DNA of 64,000 nucleotides from contig VBEC01000014.1 of assembly GCA_005883615.1 (NCBI GenBank), positions 48,497 to 112,496 of the forward strand, written 5' to 3'. Every line of letters starts with the position of its first letter. The first letter of the stretch is position 1. The notes below the pieces were generated by a model. That model ran no database searches. It was not told the origin of the DNA and worked only from the letters and a program-made list of their open reading frames with translations. The DNA comes from Chloroflexota bacterium. GTDB lineage: Bacteria; Chloroflexota; Limnocylindria; Limnocylindrales; CSP1-4. This document shows positions 56,724 through 64,000 of the stretch, piece after piece. Position numbers and translations under genes: made by a program.

Positions 56724-58001
56724 TCAGCCCTTGACGTCCGTATACGCCTTCAGCCACTGGTCGTACCCGATGCATGTGTTGCCGCGGGTATCGCCGCAGT
56801 TGCTCGACGGTGTCTTCCAGAATGCCAGCGAGTTGTAGAAGCCCTGATCGGTGGCATGGAACACGTCGCAGAAGTTTGCGACCTTATACGGTCCGTGACC
56901 CTTGTTGAGGGCATCGCATGCCTTCGGGTTCGCCGGCGCTTCACCGAAGTACTCGGCGACCTGCGTCTGGACCTCTGGGCGGACCATGTACGCCTGCCAC
57001 TTCATCATGCAGTTGGGATGCTTGGCGTACTTGGAGAGCATCCAGGTATCCGACCAGCCCGTCATGCCCTCGGTGGGGATCACGTTCTTCACGGGAACCG
57101 GGGGACTCGCGATGAGCAGCGAGTTCGTCTGGTATTGCCAGGTCGTCCCGATCGTCGAGGTTCCGTTCGTGAAGTTGTCGATCTCCTCCGTGTATGAGGC
57201 CCAGTACTTGCCCACGTATGGACGTTGCGCCTTCAAGAGCGCGACGGCCGCGTCGAACTGCGTCTGGGTCAGCTCGTAGGGATCGGTGATCGCCAGCTCA
57301 GGCCGCTTCGTCTTGAGATAGAGCGCCGCGTCGGCCATGTAGATCGTGCCGTTGTACGCGGTGACCTTGCCCTTGTAGGCATCCATCTTGGCCGGGTCGA
57401 AGACGGCGTCCCAGCTTGTTGGCGCCGTCGTGATCTTGTCCGTCCGGTACATCAGGAGGTTGCCGCCCCAGCCGTGCGACACCCCATAGTGGACGCCGTT
57501 CACGGTGTTGGCGGAGATGTTCTGCAGGAATGGCGTGATGTCGTTCCAGTTTGGGACGAGGGCCGGGTTGATGGGTGCGATCTCGCCCGAATCGATGAGG
57601 CGGTTCGACGCGTCGCCGGACGCCGACACGCCGTCGTAGAGTCCGTGGTTCTGCGTCATCAGGGTGAACATGTCGTCCGAAGTGTCGGCGACCTTCGACT
57701 TGACCTTGCACGCCGTTTCCCTCTCGAACGGATGAACCCAGTCGTACTCCTTGGCGTTCGAGCCATCCTCGGCGTAGCCGGGCCATATGACGATGTCGAG
57801 CTCACCCTCGCCCGCCCCGATTGCAGTGGGCAGGCTCGGCGTAGGGCTGGGATTCGGGCTTGGGCTGCCGGACGGTGATGGGGAACCCGCCGCCGGGCTA
57901 GGGGACGCGGGCGCCGTGCTTGGTGTCGGCGACGCCGCTCCCGTACACGCGGCCATGATGCTGACGACGCTCGCAAGCGCGAGCAACGACCGGGACCTCA
58001 T
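56724..58001 (-). CDS. ABC transporter substrate-binding lipoprotein (PotD/PotF-like)
   Basis: Lipobox (IMAACTG), Ala/Ser/Pro linker and a PBP fold with conserved Trp/Tyr/Asp polyamine-type residues. Confidence 0.85.
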   Translation of the reverse strand: MRSRSLLALASVVSIMAACTGAASPTPSTAPASPSPAAGSPSPSGSPSPNPSPTPSLPTAIGAGEGELDIVIWPGYAEDGSNAKEYDWVHPFERETACKVKSKVADTSDDMFTLMTQNHGLYDGVSASGDASNRLIDSGEIAPINPALVPNWNDITPFLQNISANTVNGVHYGVSHGWGGNLLMYRTDKITTAPTSWDAVFDPAKMDAYKGKVTAYNGTIYMADAALYLKTKRPELAITDPYELTQTQFDAAVALLKAQRPYVGKYWASYTEEIDNFTNGTSTIGTTWQYQTNSLLIASPPVPVKNVIPTEGMTGWSDTWMLSKYAKHPNCMMKWQAYMVRPEVQTQVAEYFGEAPANPKACDALNKGHGPYKVANFCDVFHATDQGFYNSLAFWKTPSSNCGDTRGNTCIGYDQWLKAYTDVKG

Positions 58002-58047
58002 GCTCTGCTCCTCCTCCTCGATGTTCCAACGAGACGCGTTGGATCCG

Positions 58048-59136
58048 CTACTCCTCGACCGGCAGATTGTGCTGCCGCTTCCAGATGAGCCGCACAGCCT
58101 TGCCGCGTGTGGCGAGGGCCTCCATGGAGGAAGTCCTCAGGTTCTGCTGGGTGACCATGAGCTCGCCGCCGGCATCGAGCGCGACCTGGTACCGGGTGTC
58201 GGGGCCGAGGTAGACGACCCCCCGAATCCGTCCGAGGGCCGAGCACTCGTCGGGGTCGATCGAGGCTTCATCGTCCGCCAGGCGGATCTTTTCCGGGCGG
58301 ACGGTGAACGTACCGGACCGTCCGATGATCGCCTCGGCGGCGGCCCCGGACAGCAGATTGGAGGTGCCGACGAAGCCCGCGACGAACGCCGTGTCCGGCC
58401 GCTCGTAGACGTCAGCCGGGCTGCCGATCTGCTCGATGCGTCCCTGATTGAAGACGGCCAGGCGGTCGCTCATCGTGAGCGCCTCCTCCTGGTCGTGGGT
58501 CACATAAATGAAGGTGATGCCGACCTCGAGCTGGATCGCCTTCAGCTCGAGCTGCATCTCCTGCCTAAGCTTGAGGTCAAGGGCGCCCAGCGGCTCGTCG
58601 AGGAGCAGGACGCGCGGTCGATTGATGAGCGCCCGCGCGAGGGCGACTCGCTGGCGCTGGCCACCTGACAACTGCGAGGGCCGGCGTTTCTCGAAGCCTT
58701 CAAGGCGAACCATCCGCAGCGCTTCGGCAACGCGCTCGGCGCGCCGTGCCTTCGGAACCTTGCGCACCATCAAGCCATAGCCGACGTTGTCGGCCACGTT
58801 CATATGCGGGAAAAGTGCGTAATCCTGGAAGACGGTGTTCACGTCCCGCTCGAACGGTGCCTGGTTCGTAACGTCACGACCATGGAGGATGACTCGGCCC
58901 GCACTCGGTAGCTCGAAGCCCGCGATCATGCGCAGCGTCGTCGTCTTGCCTGAGCCGGATGGGCCGAGCATCGAGAAAAACTCACCATCGTGTACCGCGA
59001 GATCGATGCCGGCGACTGCTTCGACGTCTCCGAAACGCTTGCTGACGCCCACCAGTCGAACCGCCTCCGCGACCCCCGTCGAGGGCTCCGTCTGACGCCC
59101 GATCCCCGGCGCTTCGCGAATGTCGGTCGTGGTCAA
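58048..59136 (-). CDS. ABC transporter ATP-binding protein (PotA-like with TOBE domain)
   Basis: Walker A GPSGSGKTT, LSGGQRQRVALARAL, Walker B LLLDEPLGALD. Confidence 0.9.
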   Translation of the reverse strand: MTTTDIREAPGIGRQTEPSTGVAEAVRLVGVSKRFGDVEAVAGIDLAVHDGEFFSMLGPSGSGKTTTLRMIAGFELPSAGRVILHGRDVTNQAPFERDVNTVFQDYALFPHMNVADNVGYGLMVRKVPKARRAERVAEALRMVRLEGFEKRRPSQLSGGQRQRVALARALINRPRVLLLDEPLGALDLKLRQEMQLELKAIQLEVGITFIYVTHDQEEALTMSDRLAVFNQGRIEQIGSPADVYERPDTAFVAGFVGTSNLLSGAAAEAIIGRSGTFTVRPEKIRLADDEASIDPDECSALGRIRGVVYLGPDTRYQVALDAGGELMVTQQNLRTSSMEALATRGKAVRLIWKRQHNLPVEE

Positions 59137-59446
59137 GCGGTTCCTCTGCCCAACGGCAGGCGATCCAGCACGGCGATCCCGCGGCTCGGCGGCCGCCCCG
59201 GCGCTCGAGGGTGACGGGCGCCAGCGGACTGGCGCGCACTGTGCGGGGTTGAGCGCGAGGGTGTCAAGCTGGAGTCGCCACGTGGATCAGCTGACATGGC
59301 GACTTGCAACGGGCCCCGAGGGTCCCGGCCCCCGGCGCCCGCGATCAGTCGGGAGTGATACGCTCAGGCCCCGGCGCCACCACTGCGCGGCGCTCGAGAA
59401 CGATCACTGTCTGGGCGTGCGGAGCGACCCGAGGAGAGAACTCGAA

Positions 59447-59734
59447 ATGGCCTACGTGATTGCCGAGCCCTGCATCGATGTGCTCGACATTTCCTGCGTC
59501 TCCGTGTGCCCGGTCGACTGCATCCACTACGAAGAGGGCGTCGACCGCAAGCTGTTCATCGATCCGAACGAGTGCATCGACTGCGGTGCCTGCGAGCCGG
59601 AGTGCCCGGTGAATGCCATCTTCCCCGAAGAGTCGCTGCCCCCGGAGTGGGCGAACTACACGGCAATCGATGCGATCTGGTACACGGACAAGGCTGCGGC
59701 CCGGGCGGAGGTCGACGCACTCAAACCGCGCTGA
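59447..59734 (+). CDS. fdxA: 7Fe ferredoxin (FdxA-type, [3Fe-4S][4Fe-4S])
   Basis: MAYVIAEPCIDVLDISCVSVCPVDCIH ... CIDCGACEPECP, close to the actinobacterial/Azotobacter FdxA pattern. GAGGAGAG RBS. Confidence 0.85.
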   Translation: MAYVIAEPCIDVLDISCVSVCPVDCIHYEEGVDRKLFIDPNECIDCGACEPECPVNAIFPEESLPPEWANYTAIDAIWYTDKAAARAEVDALKPR

Positions 59735-59823
59735 CGTCCGACTATGCCGGCCTCCCCGGTCCGGTGGCCCCTCCGAAATCGCGAAGAGTGGGGTGCGTGA
59801 CCTCTCGCCGGTAGACTCGAAGC

Positions 59824-60753
59824 GTGCGCATCGTTTCCTTGCTTCCGTCGGCCACGGAGATCGTGTGCGCCCTCGGTCTGGCCGATCAGCTCGTGGGAAT
59901 CACGCATGAATGCGATTTCCCCGCGGAGGTCGTCGGCAAGCGGGTCCTGACACGTTCCGCGCAGCCCGCAACCGGCGCGACGAGCCGTGAGATCCACCGC
60001 CGAGTGACCGACGCCGTTCATGGCGGTTCGTCGATCTACGAGCTGGATGAAACGGCGCTCGCCGAGTTGAAACCGGACCTGATCCTTACCCAGGAACTGT
60101 GTCAGGTGTGTGCGGTCAGCTATCGCGAGGTCAACGAGGCTGCCCGGTCGATCGCGGGCGACGTGACGGTGGTCTCGCTGGAGCCGACCAGCCTCGAAGG
60201 GATCTTCAACACGATCTCGACAGTCGGGGCGATGACGTCGAAGGAGACTCGGGCCGTGCGCCTCCTCGAGAGGCTGCGCGGCCGCCTCGGTCGGTTCGAA
60301 AGCAGAGTGCAGAAGCGCCGCGAACAGGGGTACACGGCCCCGAGGGTCGTGGGGCTGGAATGGCTGGACCCGCCCTTCGCGGTCGGGCATTGGGTCCCCG
60401 AACAGATCCGCCGGGCGGGCGGCTGGGATCTCCTGGGCTCCGAGGGTGAACGCTCCGTCGAGACGACATGGGAGGCAGTTCGCGACGTCGACCCCGAGAT
60501 GATCGTCCTGATGCCGTGCGGCTTCCATCTTGAGGACACCGTCACGGAGTGGGCGCGGACACCACGGCCGGGCTTCTGGACGCAGATCGAGGCAGTCCGC
60601 CGCGGCAGTGTCTTCGCCGTTGACGGGTCGGCCTACTTCAGCCGGCCGGGCCCGCGAGCCATCGACGGGATCGCCATGCTGGCCGAGATCTTCGATCCGA
60701 ACGCTTTCGTCGACACCTCGCCAGCGGGGAGCTGGACGCCGCTCCAATCCTGA
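59824..60753 (+). CDS. BtuF-like periplasmic-binding-protein fold (cobalamin/iron-siderophore binding) protein, apparently without signal peptide
   Basis: MRIVSLLPSATEIVCALG ... ITHECDFP N-terminus typical of class III PBP cobalamin-binding proteins. Confidence 0.65.
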   Translation: MRIVSLLPSATEIVCALGLADQLVGITHECDFPAEVVGKRVLTRSAQPATGATSREIHRRVTDAVHGGSSIYELDETALAELKPDLILTQELCQVCAVSYREVNEAARSIAGDVTVVSLEPTSLEGIFNTISTVGAMTSKETRAVRLLERLRGRLGRFESRVQKRREQGYTAPRVVGLEWLDPPFAVGHWVPEQIRRAGGWDLLGSEGERSVETTWEAVRDVDPEMIVLMPCGFHLEDTVTEWARTPRPGFWTQIEAVRRGSVFAVDGSAYFSRPGPRAIDGIAMLAEIFDPNAFVDTSPAGSWTPLQS

Positions 60754-61661
60754 TGCCCTTTCGACGATCGTTCGACTGCCTCTGGTGTGGGCGGCCCTAC
60801 TCCACCCGCGATCAAGACGCCCTGGAGGGCTGGGCGCAACTCTGCCCCGACTGCGTCGGAAGGGCGGACGAAAATCCATTCATCCGGTTTCGGCTGCACG
60901 CCGCGCTCCACGAACGAGCCACCGGTGCACCGCCGACCGAGGTGCGTCGAGAGACGAACGCCGCGACGGAAGGGCCCCCGACCGAGGGATCGGAAATGGT
61001 CGCCTACTACGAGGCCCGGGCGGCCGAATACGACGATTGGTATCTGCGCCGCGGCCGCTATGAACGAGGGCCGGTCCACGACGTCGCGTGGGCGGCGGAG
61101 CTTGACGAGGCCGGGCGCTGGCTGGACGCGCTGCCGATCGGGGGCCAGATCGTCGAGCTCGCGGCGGGGACGGGATGGTGGTCGCCGCTGCTCGCCGTCA
61201 AGGGCGAGCTTTCCCTGTACGACGCTGCGAGCGCTCCACTGGAACTTGCGCGTGAACGACTGCTCGCCCACCGATTGCGCGCCCATCTCCACATACGCGA
61301 TGCCTGGGCCGAACCGGACCGCCAGGTGGACGCCCTGTTCTGCGGTTTCTGGCTCAGCCACGTGCCGCGCTCGCGGCTTGCGTCCTTCTTCGAGCTGGCC
61401 CGGCACTGGCTGAGGCCGGGGGGGCTCTTTGCCTTCATCGATTCGCGATTCGATCCGCAGTCGAGCGCCGTCGACCACGCTCCGCAAGCGGATCAGGAGA
61501 CGATGCATCGTCGCCTGGACGACGGTCGCGAGTTTACGATCCCCAAGGTCTACTACCAGCCCGCGGAACTCGAGGCGGGGCTTCTGGCCGCCGGCTTCGC
61601 GAACGTAACCGTCGCCACGACCGCCCGCTTCTTCCTGCTCGGCGAAGCTCGCGCCGGGTGA
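60753..61661 (+). CDS. Zinc-ribbon plus class I SAM-dependent methyltransferase
   Basis: N-terminal CLWCGRP ... CPDC zinc ribbon, then a VELAAGTGWWS methyltransferase motif I. TGATG overlap with the upstream gene. Confidence 0.7.
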   Translation: MPFRRSFDCLWCGRPYSTRDQDALEGWAQLCPDCVGRADENPFIRFRLHAALHERATGAPPTEVRRETNAATEGPPTEGSEMVAYYEARAAEYDDWYLRRGRYERGPVHDVAWAAELDEAGRWLDALPIGGQIVELAAGTGWWSPLLAVKGELSLYDAASAPLELARERLLAHRLRAHLHIRDAWAEPDRQVDALFCGFWLSHVPRSRLASFFELARHWLRPGGLFAFIDSRFDPQSSAVDHAPQADQETMHRRLDDGREFTIPKVYYQPAELEAGLLAAGFANVTVATTARFFLLGEARAG

Positions 61662-61840
61662 GATAACCGCGAAACAAGGACCCCAGTTCACACTCGGGCG
61701 ATGGATGACGCTCGGGTCGGAGCAGCCTTCCGTGCGATCCGTCTTGGGCGGGGGATGGCGGCAACACGACCCGTGGCGAGCACGCCCGAGCAGAGTCGAG
61801 TCCGGCCGGACGCCACGGGGGCTGGGGTAGACTCGCCGCC

Positions 61841-62791
61841 ATGTCGCCGCTGACGCAGCGCACCATTTCGACGGTCGGGTCCGGAGTGATGGCCGAGGCC
61901 ATGATTGCCGGGCTGCTTCGGGGTGGCATCGTCAGCCCTGAGAGGATCGTGGCCAGCCACCCACGTCCGGAGCGCCGCGCGGAGTTGGAGGCGACCTACC
62001 GGATCAGGACCGTGGCGGGCAACGTGGATGCCGTTGCCGGCGCCGACGTGGTGCTGCTAGCCATCAAGCCGCAGATGCTCGCGCGCGTCGGGCCCGAGCT
62101 GGCCTCGGTGCTCAGGCCCGGTCAATTGGTCCTGTCGATCCTTGCCGGGGCGACCACTGCTGCGCTGACAGGCGCTCTCCGCCATCGCCAGGTCATCCGC
62201 AGCATGCCCAATACGCCGGCGCGGCTTGGCAAGGGCATGACCGTTTGGTACGCGACGCCCGAGACCAGCGCAGATCAGCGGACCCAGGCGAGCGCCATCC
62301 TTCAGGCACTTGGCCACGAGATCGAGGTCGACGACGAGCGACTCGTCGCCATGGCCACGGCCGTCAGCGGCACGGGTCCGACGTACGTGTTCCTCTTCAT
62401 GGAGGCACTCATCGACGCGGCTGTCCATCTCGGCTTCCCGCGTCACGTGGCACACGACCTCGTGATCGAGACGCTAGAGGGCAGCACCCTGTTCGCGAAG
62501 CAGTCGGGCGACCATCCGGCGGTTCTGCGGAACATGGTGACGTCGCCCGGTGGAACGAGCGCAGCGGCCCTCCACGAGCTCGAGTCGGGCCGGCTTCGTA
62601 CGGTTCTGAGCGAAGCCGTCTGGGCGGCCTTCCGCCGAACGGTCGAACTTGGCGAGCAGCTCGAGGCCGACCTGGGAGCCGCCGACGCCCGGAAGTCGAC
62701 CTCCGCGGACGCGGGCGCATCGCGCAAGGCCGGATCGAACGGGCAGGCCAAGCACGGTAGCCGTACCCGGGAGCGGTCTCGCAAGGCGTGA
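61841..62791 (+). CDS. proC: Pyrroline-5-carboxylate reductase with basic C-terminal extension
   Basis: N-terminal Rossmann fold (ISTVGSGVMAEAMIAGL), conserved ILAG and NTPA ... G motifs and a C-terminal dimerisation domain. About 45 aa Lys/Arg/Ser-rich tail. Confidence 0.85.
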   Translation: MSPLTQRTISTVGSGVMAEAMIAGLLRGGIVSPERIVASHPRPERRAELEATYRIRTVAGNVDAVAGADVVLLAIKPQMLARVGPELASVLRPGQLVLSILAGATTAALTGALRHRQVIRSMPNTPARLGKGMTVWYATPETSADQRTQASAILQALGHEIEVDDERLVAMATAVSGTGPTYVFLFMEALIDAAVHLGFPRHVAHDLVIETLEGSTLFAKQSGDHPAVLRNMVTSPGGTSAAALHELESGRLRTVLSEAVWAAFRRTVELGEQLEADLGAADARKSTSADAGASRKAGSNGQAKHGSRTRERSRKA

Positions 62792-62886
62792 CGTCCCTGG
62801 GGTCCGGGCCGGGGGCGCGCCAGGCTGTCCCCCTTCGCACCGTTCCGATGCCGACGAGGCGACCCCGTGTATGAAGCCGGAATCGA

Positions 62887-62912
62887 AAGGACCGCCGTGA
62901 CGGGCGGTCCTT
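62887..62912. terminator. 10-bp stem-loop after proC (candidate bidirectional terminator)
   Basis: AAGGACCGCC-gtgacg-GGCGGTCCTT, followed by TTCAAGGATTGTAAGG. Confidence 0.45.
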
Positions 62913-62941
62913 CAAGGATTGTAAGGGCGCGTGGCCTCAGG

Positions 62942-63040
62942 TCAGCCCCAGCGGCGGCCGGCCTCGAGCACGATGGCCATGGCTCCGATGGTCGAGAGGG
63001 CGGTCACGAGGCGGAAGGCTTGCCACTTGATAGCGCGCAT
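62942..63040 (-). CDS. Candidate small ORF (32 aa, single TM helix)
   Basis: MRAIKWQAFRLVTALSTIGAMAIVLEAGRRWG with a GAGG about 9 nt upstream. Below the 60-aa cutoff of the ORF track. Sits between a hairpin and a lower-GC spacer. Confidence 0.25.
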   Translation of the reverse strand: MRAIKWQAFRLVTALSTIGAMAIVLEAGRRWG

Positions 63041-63291
63041 TGGGGGAACCTCGAGCGATCAGGGATGAGAGCGGAGGCTCAGATGCCTCGACCAGAAACT
63101 ATTCGCTCGGATGAGGCAGGTGCCATAGCCCGTTCGTCCTAGTACCCCGGAATTCACCCATTCCTGTCGCCTGCACGCACCAAAATGAGCTCCACCCCGG
63201 GTTCCTGGACAGCTTCAGGTCGGCCTGGGCAGTGTCAGGCCGCATGGGGAGCATCAGGCCCCCTGAAAGCCGTCTGCCCGCCTCAACAGAG

Positions 63292-63840
63292 TCACCCCGT
63301 ACGCAGGGACGCCCGAAGCTGTTCGACGTGGTCCTCGAGATGCCCCGTCACGAAGCGCTCGAGGATGGCCGGGATCGCCAGGTCGCCACGTGTCGGGTGC
63401 AGCCCGCGCCTGCTCAATTCGGCCTCGCTCAGCTGGGTGAGTCGGCGGCGATAGCGAGCGATATCCGTGGCGATTCGATCGAACAGCTCGCGGGCGGGGA
63501 CGGTACGGTCGCGCTCGATCACCGCCACCCTGATCTCGTTGCTGGCAACGCGCCCGAACGGGACCGGCTCGGGTGAGCCGGCCAGGACGCGTTCGATCTC
63601 GCCCAGCCAGAACGGGAGCATCTCGGCGAGGTGGGCGAGCACCTCTGGCGGGCCCCAGTGGGCCTCCGGCTCGACGCCGATCGAGGCGCTCAACGGCCAC
63701 GGCTCACCGGCGCGGACCGCAGGTTCCAGCGCCGCCAGCGCGCGACCGGCGTGATCGAGTCGATCGAGCAACCCATCGATCACCTGCCGCAGGTTGCTGG
63801 TGTCTGTCACGACGACGCCTCCGTTGGTTGCTTGACGCAA
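63292..63840 (-). CDS. DinB/YfiT-like (DinB_2, mycothiol-dependent transferase-like) family protein
   Basis: Four-helix-bundle-like pattern with conserved His positions (HWGPPEVLAHLAE ... HLEDHVEQL). Confidence 0.55.
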   Translation of the reverse strand: MRQATNGGVVVTDTSNLRQVIDGLLDRLDHAGRALAALEPAVRAGEPWPLSASIGVEPEAHWGPPEVLAHLAEMLPFWLGEIERVLAGSPEPVPFGRVASNEIRVAVIERDRTVPARELFDRIATDIARYRRRLTQLSEAELSRRGLHPTRGDLAIPAILERFVTGHLEDHVEQLRASLRTG

Positions 63841-63942
63841 TAGGGGGCCGTTCCATACTGGCTGGAACGCCTGAGCGCGTGCGTCACCCAGTCTGGCACG
63901 CGCGATCCTGCGCTTCGCGCCGCTGCAAGGAGCCCCACGGCC

Positions 63943-64000
63943 ATGACCGAAACGATCAGCAAGGGCGTCGCAAACCAGACCGGCGCCGTGATCAACAAGG
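63943..64000 (+). CDS. Start of a hypothetical protein that runs off the window end
   Basis: AAGGAG RBS 7 nt before the ATG. MTETISKGVANQTGAVINK continues beyond the window. Confidence 0.3.
   Translation, partial: MTETISKGVANQTGAVINK

Noticed and set aside
63807-63998. 63-aa minus-strand ORF at the window end
   Set aside because: It overlaps a plus-strand gene start with a strong AAGGAG RBS, and has no supporting signals.
1-64000. CRISPR arrays, rRNA, insertion sequences, integrases
   Set aside because: Scanned for regularly spaced direct repeats, transposase/integrase-like translations and rRNA-like conserved blocks. None found. The only short repeats are the operator-like motifs and hairpins listed.

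Overview
High-GC (~70%) bacterial chromosomal segment, probably Terrabacteria-like; the split cytochrome b6/subunit IV, the FdxA-type ferredoxin, the LmbE-like deacetylase and the initiator tRNA are the basis for that guess. About 70 genes are densely packed and largely housekeeping or accessory-metabolic. There are no rRNA genes, no CRISPR array and no obvious transposase or integrase. The main blocks, in order, are:
- Three ABC importers: a polyamine/iron-type SBP-permease-permease-ATPase operon at 2.8-7.0 kb, a polar amino-acid transporter at 14.9-17.5 kb, and a PotABCD-like set on the minus strand at 54.9-59.1 kb.
- A cell-envelope and signalling region at 7.5-24.4 kb: two M23 peptidases, a LysM polysaccharide deacetylase, a CAP-domain protein, an HD-domain dNTPase-like enzyme, a WYL-domain regulator next to a membrane protein, and a large HTH-GAF-GGDEF diguanylate cyclase.
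- The most unusual content, a respiratory supercluster:
  - A Rieske/cytochrome b6/subunit IV (b6f-type) operon at 30.8-37.5 kb. It is preceded, with a GTGA start/stop overlap, by a GltD-like FAD/NAD(P)H oxidoreductase with two 4Fe-4S motifs, and followed by a monoheme cytochrome c fused to a blue-copper cupredoxin and a membrane-anchored Kelch beta-propeller.
  - An aa3-type oxidase operon at 47.1-53.1 kb (ctaC-ctaD-ctaE plus a small subunit IV-like gene, with a divergent ctaG). Here CtaC carries an extra C-terminal cupredoxin domain, and a further membrane protein carries a third paralogous cupredoxin tail.
- Two tRNAs: tRNA-Lys(UUU) at 41.26 kb and an initiator tRNA-fMet at 44.73 kb.
- Several stem-loops at gene ends or between genes, and a few candidate small or novel ORFs.
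All calls rest on reading the six-frame translations and recognising motifs by eye. No database search was run.
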